Source of the DNA: Phyllobates terribilis | Lineage: Eukaryota | Reading direction: 5' to 3' | NCBI RefSeq assembly: GCF_046119375.1 | Contig: NW_027362773.1 | Location: 94,302,001 to 94,366,000 of the forward strand | DNA: 64,000 bases | In this document: positions 52,960-64,000 of the stretch, in pieces | Layout of the letters: the number at the start of each line of letters is the position of its first letter | How positions within the stretch are numbered: position 1 is the stretch's first letter | The notes under the pieces: generated by a model | Seen by the model: only the letters and a program-made list of their open reading frames with translations | The model's database searches: none | What the model was told of the DNA's origin: nothing | Made by a program: the position numbers and the translations under genes

Positions 52960-53670
52960 ATGCTCCAACAGTGCCCCCAACACAGTATGTTGCCCTACAC
53001 AGCCCCCAATCACAGTAGGATTCCCCTACAATTCAACACAGTACGATGCCCCATCAGTTCCCTCCAACACAGTATGATGCCTCCACAATGACTCCAAAAC
53101 AGTATCATGTCTCTACAGTGCCCCCAACACAGTATGAAGCCCCATACAATGTTCCCACAACACAGTATAATGAAACCATAGTGCCCCCCAACACAGTATG
53201 ATGCCTCAAAAGTGCCCCAACACAGAAAGTTGCCCTACAGTACCCCCAAAACCATTAAAATGCCCCAACATTGCCTAAACACAGTATGACGTGCCCACAG
53301 TGCCCTCAAGACAGTAAGATGCCCTACCAGTGCACGTAACATAGTTTGATGCCTCTACAGTACTTCAAATATAGTATGATGCCCTAACATTGCCCTAAAC
53401 ACAGTATATCCCCACAGTTCCCCAACACAGTATGATGGCCCCGCAGTGCCCCAACACAGTATAATGCCCCCGCAGTGCCCCCAACACTGCATGCTGTCTC
53501 CACAGTGCCCCCAACACAGAATAATGGCCTTGCAGTGGCCCCAATACATTATAATGGCCCTGCAGTGCCCCCAACATAGTATAATGGTCCTGCAGTGCCC
53601 CCAACACAGTATGATGTCTCCACAGTGCCTCACACCACAATATGAAGCCCCAACAGTGTTCCACCAGCAC
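52960..53670. repeat. Degenerate about 30-bp minisatellite
   Basis: Unit approximately cagtgcccccaacacagtatgatgcccc. Confidence 0.9.
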
Positions 53671-53905
53671 AATTTAATGACAACATGGCCCCTTACTCTT
53701 TACCCGGCCGCGGTCCAGCGGCGTCTTCTTCCTCAACCATTTGATGTGCGGATGAACCAGCGCATGACAGTGATGTCATACACCGGCGATGTGCGCGCCG
53801 ACCTCGGCTGCCGGCCTCTGATTGGCTGGCGGCTCCTATTGAAGTCCAGGAAGCGGGTCCTGCACAGCAATAGATTTCAACTGAACGTGCATCCTCAGAT
53901 GGATT

Positions 53906-55150
53906 TGTGGCGCCCCTGAGGGTTCAGTCGCCACAGAGGTACTGCACCTCACACAGAGGTGTGGTGTCTCCTTCTCTCAGGTAAGGAGGGAGTGCTGCCC
54001 GGAACCCCAACACCCACATTCAACACTACACTACTCCAGGCCGGCTGAAAGGGCAAGATGCACTGTGTTTCTGCTGAGCCCTGTCCCTGGCTGGAGTGGG
54101 GGGAACCAAAGAGAGGGGGAACCAGTAGTGGGTGTGGGTGGAGGAAGTAGAGTAGGGGAGCACCATAATAGGTCTATATAAGGGAATCCATCTTAGGATG
54201 GCGAAGGGGGTAGTGCAGAGGACAGAGAGTGAGTAGCAAGGAGAGGAGGGGAGCAGAGTCTCTTCAGGAGCTCTGCTCCATGACTGGGGCCTAGTAAGAG
54301 AGGCCCAGGAGGGGAGCAGAGGAGGAAGGCTCCGTCGACAGAAGGGATCCCAGAGGGTACGGTGAGTGCAGGACGGCACCCGTACGCCCGAATCTGCCAG
54401 GTGTCAGAGGGATCAGGCCGCAAGAAGGGAACCGGTCCCTGGACCAGCCGTGTTACTCCAGGTCTCGGCTGGAAAACCGGAGGCTTCTGCACTTCAATGG
54501 TGCAGTTGCCACAGTCTCACTATAGTCACCGTGAAGGGCATCAAATAGGTCCGGGAACTCCAGGTTGCCCAGAGGGACTTCAGAGCACCCGATCGGGAAT
54601 GTGTGTGGGAAAGCGCAGGGCAGGAGGGAGAAGACCCGGCGTGAGAAGTCGGTCTAGTTAGGAACATAAAGAAAGCGGGGTTCCGTCAAGCGCTCCTGAT
54701 ATACTTGAGAAAGTGCTGGACCCATTATCTGGTAGACGCAGTGCGACGCGGGAGGCTGACACCCGTACAGTGTACCTGAGGAACTTGAACAGAACTGTGA
54801 GTAAACTTGGATGACTGCACTCCACTGCCTCCGTCAGTTATTTCCTCTGCGCCATCTCTCCTGCACCACAAGCCCCAGCATCACCATCATCTATACATCA
54901 CTGCCCTGGGGCCCGCTCCACATGTGGGGAGCCGTTCCAACTCAGCTGCCCTACCAACCGCCCCAGAGGTCTGCAGCAGCGCTGGCATCTATTACCAGAA
55001 ACCACAGGTGGCGTCACGAAACAAACCATACACTAAAAATCCCTTTTTCAAGAGAGACCACAGAGGACGGGCCCGAGAGCCGACTGCCGTGACATCCTAA
55101 GCAAGGTAAAAGGCCCGGGTACCGAGTCCCCTATATCCCCCTGGGTGACA
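53906..55150 (+). mobile_element. Solo-LTR-like unit A (1245 bp)
   Basis: TG...CA termini (TGTGGCGCCC...GGGTGACA); its start is homologous to the reverse complement of the right end of unit B. No TSD found. Strand is relative only. Confidence 0.6.
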
Positions 55151-55556
55151 CATCTCAATCATCTACAGGAGATGATAATTTGCCTCAAATTATGAAGACT
55201 CGTCCTTCTGCACATCGTAGAGTAAAAAAAAAACAGTGGGGAAAAACTCTACAAAGCGTGGTGGAAGGACTTCCTTTCATTTGGGCAAAGGTGTTTGACA
55301 AATTTAGGTCTTCATCTGTTTGCACTATTCATCCATAAAAATATTCAGATGATGATCAGATGATAACTACGATGATCCGGATGATGATGAGGAGGAGGAT
55401 GATCAGATGGATGAAAATAAATGCTGTGAGATGAAGAATAGAGAGTAAAGAGAAAGAGTTAAATTCACATCTATGAATAAGCTACCCAAAAGGGCTTTGC
55501 CTAAAAGAGTGGTCGTAAAAGGGGTTGTCCATTGCTCCCCTTATCCCCCAGGCACA

Positions 55557-56830
55557 TGACTCGCCCCCTGGGCCGTGGGGTACCCGGAACCGGGCCTTCT
55601 GGTGTACGGTGCTGATGGGGGTAGTAGTGGCAACCCGATCCCGTGGCTCAGGGCGGTCAGACCAAATGCTGTGGCAGTCTATTTATAGATTTGTGAATGT
55701 CCGACTACGCCACCCGTGGATTGCGGTCAGAGATAACCGCCGCTGCGAGGCAGACCGCTGAGGCTGGTGTTGGTGTGCAGCACAGGGGTAGGATAACTCC
55801 CCACGGGAAGAGTGTAGCCTCAGGGCAGTGTAAGGGGATGCTGGGGGTGATGGTGCTGGCGCAGCAGAAATCACACAATGATGCAGTCCAGGGTCCTTTA
55901 CTCACAGTTGTTATCCAAGTCACTTCTTTCAGCAAGGACTGCCCGAGCCGTGCTGCGTCCACCAGGTGAGGAGCTCGGTCAACCCCCAGGCAATTCAGGA
56001 GTATGGCACAGGACCCCCTTCTGTCCTTTCTCTGGCCTCTCGTGCCCCACCAGTGTCCTGACTTCTGTCCGGCTACCGCGGACCGTGTCGGCTAAGCGTT
56101 GGCCTTCACTTCCCGCTATCCTATATGGTGCCTTCCTAGCAGGTTTAGCGGGGAGTCGCACCAATAAATGGTCACAACCTCCGGTTCTTGGCTGAGGGTA
56201 GATTCGCCTCCACCAACTTAGGGATCCGGTACCTTTTCACAGCCTGACCCTTCCACCCGATATAATGGGGTATGCAATGGTTGCTGTCCGTTCTGCACTC
56301 TTAGGGTCCCTTCTGCCTTCTTGTTTCTGGAGCCCTTCCACTCCTCTGTCTCTTCTCCTTCCTTCCTTCTCCTTCTTCTCTTCTCCTCTCTGGCCCTGGC
56401 CTTCTCTCTAAGCCTGCCTCGTGGAGCTGAGCTCAGTCTGAGCCGCCGCTCCCTGTCAGCTCTCTCCCTTATACTCTGACTGAACTGAACCGAACTCCTC
56501 GACTAAGATGGCTCCCACCTTTTATCTGCTTCTCTGTTTCTGAGCTCAGGTGACCTGCACCCAATGAGCTCCTTCCTGTGCTCCAGAAACCGCCCCCTTT
56601 CTGCTCCTACACCACTGGGTTCTCTTCTCCCCTCCCCACTCCAGCCAGGGACATGGTCAGTTGTGCCCGCAGTTGGGAGCACCGTTGAGCTGTCCCCCGG
56701 AAATGGGGTGAGTGTGTGTGTGCAGCTAACTGAGCCCTGGTCCACACTCCATCCTTACCTGGGAGTGGAATATCACACCTCTGGTTGAGGTGCAATACCC
56801 CTGTAGCAACCGAGCCCTCGGGGCGCTACA
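55557..56830 (-). mobile_element. Solo-LTR-like unit B (1274 bp)
   Basis: TG...CA termini with 4-bp CACA on both sides (right flank is a CA repeat). Strand is relative only. Confidence 0.65.
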
Positions 56831-57029
56831 CACACACACATTCTGTAACTAAAAATAATACTGATGCTATTATGGTTTGCCCTTCGGCTTTCTAGTTCTT
56901 TTCTGCTTTTTGTTGAAATCTGACATAAAATTAAAAATATAGAATTCTTCATTGTTATATATTTTTTATACTTCGTTTTTGTTATTTTCTGTGTGAGTTT
57001 TGGTCTTTTATAACCCTTATCCTGGACAG

Positions 57030-57404
57030 AACCCTGATCCCTGCCAACCCTAACCCTAGCTCTAATCTTATATGTAATCCCAGCCGTAATACTAATGAAC
57101 CCTAACCCTAGCCCTAATCCTATATGTAATCCTAGCCGTAATACTAATGAACCCTAACCCTAGCCCTAATCCTATATCTAATCCTAGCCCTAATACTAAT
57201 GAACCCTAACCCTAGCCCTAATCCTATATCTAATCCTAGCCCTAATACTAATGAACCCTAACCCTAGCCCTAATCCTATATCTAATCCTAGCCCTAATAC
57301 TAATGAACCCTAACCCTAGCCCTAATCCTATATCTATCTAATCTTAGCCCTAATACTAATGAACCCTAACTTTAACTCTAATCCTATATCTAATCTTAGC
57401 CCTA
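57030..57404. repeat. Telomere-like 52-bp minisatellite, block 1 (further blocks about 58715-58802 and 60357-60535)
   Basis: Unit gaaccctaaccctagccctaatcctatatctaatcctagccctaatactaat. Confidence 0.95.
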
Positions 57405-58717
57405 AGTCCCACCAAGGACAACATCTGCAAAGAGTTTGTATGTTCTCCCCGTGTTTTCGTGGGTTTCCTCATTCCAAAGACATACTGATAGGGAATCTAG
57501 ATTGTGAGCCCCAATGGGGACAGTGCCCATAACGTCTGTAAAGCGCTGTGGAATTAACCCCTTAATGACCTAGGGCGTACTAGTAGGCGCCAGGTCATCA
57601 CCCCCAGTTGAGCACGGGCTCCGGCGCTGAGCCCACACTGAACCGGGCACATGTCACGTGATCGTGGGTCACCAATGGGTGGGCATAACAACCCAGGGTC
57701 TGCAGCAGACCCCTGTGGTTGTCATGTCTCGTTTGCTATGAGCGCCACCCAGCGGTAGCAAGTCAGCATTTCTGCTGCATACAGGCGATCTGCTCGTCGC
57801 CTGTATGCAGCAGAGGAAAAGAGGAGATCAGATAACTGCAGCTTCTAGTCTCCCATAGAGACTATTGAATCATGCAGAAAGTGTAAAAAAATGTTTTTAA
57901 AAATATAAAAAAATATTTTTTTAAAGTTTAAATCACCCCCCTTTCGCCCCATTCAAAATAAAATAATAAAAAATAAACCCCACATACACATATTTGGTAT
58001 CTCCGTGTTCAGAATTGCTCAGTCTATCAATATAAAAAAATAATGAATCCAATTGGTAAACGGCGTAACGAGAAAAAATTCTAAACGCCATAATTACGTT
58101 TTTTTGGTCGTCGCAATATTGCAATAAAATTCAGTAACGGGCGATCAAAGCATTGGATCTACCCCAAAATAGTATCAATAAAAACGTCAGCTCGGCGCTC
58201 AAAAAATAAGCCATCACCCAGCCCCAGATCCAAAAAAATGGAGACGCTACGGGTCTCAGAAAAGTACGCCATTTTTAAAAAAAAATTTTTTTAGCAAACT
58301 TTGGATTTTTTTTTCACCACTTAAGTAAAAAAGAACCTATACATGTCTGGCATCTACGAACTCATAATGACCTGGAGAATAATGATGGCAGGTGAGTTTT
58401 AGCATTCGGTGAACATGGCAAAAAAAACAAAACAAAAAAAAACAACCGTGGAATTGCATTTTTTGTGCAATTTCACCGCACTTGGAAATTTTTTTCCGTT
58501 TTCCAGCACACGATATGGTAAAACCAGTGATGGCGTTTAAAAGTACAACTTGTCCCACAAAAAATAGGCCCTCACACGGCCATATTGACCAAAAAATAAA
58601 AAGGCTATGGCTCTGGGAGGAAGGGGAGCAAAAAATGAAAACGCAAAAACGGAAAGTGGCCTGGGGTAAAGGGGTTAATGGCGCTATATAAATGAGTAAA
58701 ATAAATAAATAAATAAT
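57405..58717 (+). mobile_element. 5'-truncated SINE (V-SINE-like) split by a TTAA insertion
   Basis: gtttgtatgttctccccgtg core, then tgtaaagcgctgtggaa|ttaa...ttaa|tggcgctatataaat and a (TAAA)n tail. Confidence 0.7.
57558..58674. mobile_element. piggyBac-like non-autonomous element, copy 2 (1117 bp)
   Basis: TTAA TSD, CCCCTT...AAGGGG ends. Confidence 0.85.
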
Positions 58718-58802
58718 ACTAATGAACCCTAACCCTAGCCCTAATCCTATATCTAATACTATCCCTAATAAATTATAAACCCTAACCCTAGCCCTAATCC
58801 TA

Positions 58803-60356
<1,554 letters not shown>

Positions 60357-60535
60357 CCCTAACCCTAGCCCTACTACTATATCTAATCCTAGCTCTAATA
60401 CTAATGAACCCTAACCCTAGCCCTAATCCTATATCTAATCCTAGCCCTAATACTAATGAACCATAACCCTAGCCCTAATGCTTTATCTAATCTTAGCCCT
60501 AATACTAATGAACCCTAACCCAAGCCCTACTCCTA

Positions 60536-62612
60536 CAGTGGGGAAAAGTATTTAGTCAGCCACCAATTGTGCAAGTTCTCCCACTTAAAAAGATGAGAGA
60601 GGCCTGTAATTGACATCATAGGTAGACCACAACTATGAGATACAAAATGAGAAAACAAATCCTGAAAATCACATTGTCTGATTTGGAAAGAAATTTTTTT
60701 CAAATTTTGGTGGAAAATAAGTATTTGGTCAATTACATAAGTTTATCTCAATACTTTGTTATATGTCCTTTGTTGGCAATGACAGAGGTCAAACGTTTTC
60801 TGTAAGTCTTCACAAGGTTGGCACACACTGTTGCTGGTATGTTGGCCCATTCCTCCATGCAGAGCTCCTCTAGAGCAGTGATGTTTTGGGGCTGACGCTG
60901 GGCAACATGGACTTTCAACTCCCTCCAAAGGTTTTCTATAGGGTTTATATCTGGAGACTGGCTAGGCCACTCCAGGACCTTGAAATGCTTCTTACAAAGC
61001 CACTCCTTCGTTGCCCTGGTGGTGTGCTTGGGATCATTGTCATGCTGAAAGACCCAGCTACATTTCATCTTCAATGCCCTTGCTGATGGAAGGAGGTTTG
61101 CACTCAAAATCTCACGATACATGGCCCCATTCATTCTTTCATGTACACGGATCAGTTGTCCTGGTCCCTTGGCAGAGAAACAGCCCCAAAGCATTATGTT
61201 GCCACCCCCATGCTTCACAGTAGGTATGGTGTTCTTTGGATGCAACTCAGCATTCTTTCTCCTTCAAACACGACGAGTTGTGTTTCTACCAAATAGTTCA
61301 ACTTTGGTTTCATCTGACCATATGACATTCTCCCAATACTCTTCTGGATCATCTATTTGCTCTCTAGCAAACATCAGATGGGCCCAGACATGTAATGGCT
61401 TAAGCAGGGGGCACGTCTGGCACTGCTGGATCTGAGTCCCTGGCGGCGTAGTGTGTTATTGATAGTAGCCTGTGTAAGGTTGGTCCCAGCTCTCTGCAGG
61501 TCATTCACTAGGTCCCCCCGTGTGGTTCTGGGATTTTTGCTCACCGTTCTTGAGATCATTTTGACCCCACGGGGTGAGATCTTGTGTGGAGCCCCAGGTC
61601 GAGGGAGATTATCAGTGTGTAACACGGGTACTTTAGATGCTGTGACACAGAAACACAGAGCAGCCAATACGGGGTTAATAAACAGGGGAGGTTTATGATA
61701 ACAGGGTCAACCTCCACGCAGGGAGTAACAGGGGAAAATATGGGGGGAAAAACAAGGGAAGCAGCAGGTAAAAGTCTATTACTGACAGTTCACAGTTTAA
61801 TTAGATGTAGCATAGTTGAACCGGTTGTAATCGACAATTTTTTCACTTAGCTGACTCTTGCTCCTCACAAGGCAGTTGCCAGCTGATGCCGGTGTTGATT
61901 TTTTCAGGCGTCCCCGCCCAAACAATGCTCCGTCTTCTGGCGGCAGCGGGCGGTCTCTGGTTTTACCGGCTGAGCCCCTAGTCCATAACACAGCACCTCA
62001 CATGCTCGGCTCCACGGACCCTGCGTCTCTTCTCCCTCTAGTCAGCTTGACTCCTCCGGTCCACTGCACTCGGATCTTGCTCCAAGTACTGTAGCCAGGA
62101 GCCTGGACCCTCTCACACTGCTCTGCTGAGCAGGACCCAGCTCCACTTTTCCGCGCAAAGTCCTCGTCTCTTCCTCTCTCTAGCCACGCTACCAGTTCCC
62201 TGGTCACCTGACCTCCCAGCTCTCACTCTGGACACGCCCCCAGCTTCCCAGTCACCTGACTCCTGTGCTGGAAGTCTATCTTCCCCCTGCAACCAGAGGT
62301 ACGGACCCGGCAGTTCCGGATCCCTTGCTCTGAAAGTACTTACACCCCGGTCTTCCCCCTTACAAGTGCTCTTGTATATCTTCCATTTTCTGATTATTGC
62401 TCCCACAGTTGATTTCTTCACACCAAGCTGCTTGTCTATGGCAGATTCAGTCTTCCGAGCCTGGTGCAGGGCTACAATTTTGTTTCTGGTGTCCTTCGAC
62501 AGCTCTTTGGTCTTCATCATAGTGGAGTTTGGAGTGTGACTGTTTGAGGTTGCGGACAGGTGTCTTTTATACTGATAACAAGTTCAAACAGGTGCCAGTA
62601 CTACAGGTAATG
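60536..62612 (-). mobile_element. Degenerate Tc1 element, 5' end missing, interrupted by a solo LTR
   Basis: TA|CAGTGGGGAAAAGTATTTAGTC end; transposase pieces at 60748-61245, 61374-61667 and the N-terminus MMKTKELSKDTRNKIV at 62520. Confidence 0.9.
61618..62364. mobile_element. Solo LTR (747 bp), Ty3/Gypsy-like
   Basis: TGTAAC...CTTACA termini with a perfect 4-bp TSD AGTG; the Tc1 sequence is contiguous once it is removed. Confidence 0.88.
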
Positions 62613-62825
62613 TAGGGGGTGCAGTGTGCTGGCAAGAGTGGGGGTCTGTGCATACTGTAGGGGTCTACTGGTGTCCATTGTATGTGGTATGTGTCCAGTG
62701 TATGAGTACCCCTGTATAAAGTGTGGTTGGGGGGGGGGGATCGTCTGCGTTCTTAACCTGATGATCTGGTATTAATTAATAGGAAATCCAGTAATCACTA
62801 TGTGATATGATGATGTGTTCCTTAC

Positions 62826-64000
62826 TTCAGGAGCCATGTATGCTCGGGTTCCGGCAAATCCAGAAACTTTCTGACCCTCATAGACATTGATTTCCGCGAG
62901 GCCAAAGTCCCCGATCCTGACGTGGCTGTCGCTGTCTATAAAAATGTTTGACGGCTTCAGGTCTCTGGAAGAGAAGAAAATGTAGTTACTAGAAAGAGGA
63001 ATGTGGATAAATTGATAGAAATATTGTGAATGTATCTTTATGTATGTGTACTGCTGTATATATAGGTGTGTATCTGTATGTAGCACTCAGCCTGCTGTGG
63101 CTGTCAGCACATGCTGGGAGTTGTAGTTTCACAAGCGTTGCAGGTTGCTGATTATGTCTATCGGCCGCCATTGCTACCATCTCTCTATTCCCATGATAGG
63201 AAATGGTGATTTTTACTATATACAGCAATCCTGGAGTACTGCTGTATATCACACAAGTGAAAAGTTGAAAAAAAATAATTATATGAACCGTCCGCCCCCA
63301 TAAATGCTTAAGCAAAATATGAATATATTTGTAATAGACGCGTCTGGAAATGTCTGACCTATGGAAATATAAAGTTATTGAACCCATATGGAAAACAGTG
63401 TAAAGAAATTAAAAAATGCATCACCGGAATCACCGATAGGGCGAATCATCATTTTTTTGTCGTATAGATATATATATATATATATACACATCGGGAAGAG
63501 GTAAATCTTCCACCCACAATACCCCATGAAGACTCTATATAACGATCTATGTTACAAGAGAATATCCTAGAATTCATTACCGGTGTGTAATGCCTCTGGA
63601 ATGGAGGAACTGGAGGCCGCAGATAAGTTCTGCCATGTACAACCTGGTCCCCGTTCCTCATCCGCACTGATACGGAGAACACGTTGCTGCACATCTGAGA
63701 TCTGTTCTATCCCGGAGCCTGCGGATATCGGACAGGTGATGTCCATCACATAATACTACATCATATAATACTACACTAGAATTGTGCTGATTATATATAA
63801 ATGGGCTAAGAGGTTAAAGAGTCAATGATGGAAGCGCGAGCTCTTACCGATGTCTGGAACGTGGCTTATGAGGCGCAAAGGAAGGGGCTCCGCTCTGCAA
63901 TCTGCAGCAACAGTTTTTCTTTAGTTGCCACTGTCATCCTCCTTTCCTTTAATAGCCGTCTCTTCTTTACAATCTTAATTGCGAGGTGATGTCCGCTGAC
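62826..64000 (-). pseudogene. PKC-delta-like (AGC) Ser/Thr kinase pseudogene fragment; exons 63848->64000, 63581-63643, 62826-62964
   Basis: LAIKIVKK...PFLCAS*ATFQTS|, |LYMAELICGLQFLHSRGITHR|, |DLKPSNIFID...IGDFGLA...FAGTRAYMAPE| with GT-AG sites. In-frame TAA at 63866-63868; no downstream exon recognised. Confidence 0.85.

Noticed and set aside
53355-53919. Cys/Gly/His- or Pro/Gln-rich ORFs
   Set aside because: Translation of the about 30-bp degenerate minisatellite.
55340-55450. Acidic DDPDDDEEEDD-like reading between the two LTR units
   Set aside because: Short, frameshifted GAT/GAG low-complexity sequence without splice support.

Overview
Eukaryotic, repeat-rich vertebrate DNA; the repeat landscape and kinase family suggest an anuran (probably hyloid) frog, which is inference. 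The minus strand carries the 5' part of an anoctamin-5 gene (ano5/TMEM16E). Five coding exons splice in frame with canonical GT-AG sites: 44266-44329, 19129-19202, 5877-5993, 807-875 and <1-258. A probable orthologue of mammalian exon 4 (14038-14080) is one base too long. Directly upstream of exon 1 lie about 2.9 kb of two abutting minisatellites. The introns and upstream region hold at least six Tc1/mariner elements or derivatives, many MITEs (TTAA-, TWA- and 8-bp-TSD types), an L2 fragment, a SINE and three solo-LTR-like units. A telomere-like minisatellite has taken a nested series of insertions. The right edge carries a PKC-delta-like kinase pseudogene. There is one assembly gap (7625-7808). 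I saw no rRNA, tRNA or CRISPR features and no convincing wholly new biological system. The best leads are the frameshifted exon-4 orthologue, the promoter minisatellites, the fold-back Tc1 derivative beside an exon and the nested insertion cluster. Coordinates were read by eye; repeat boundaries are approximate unless a TSD is quoted.
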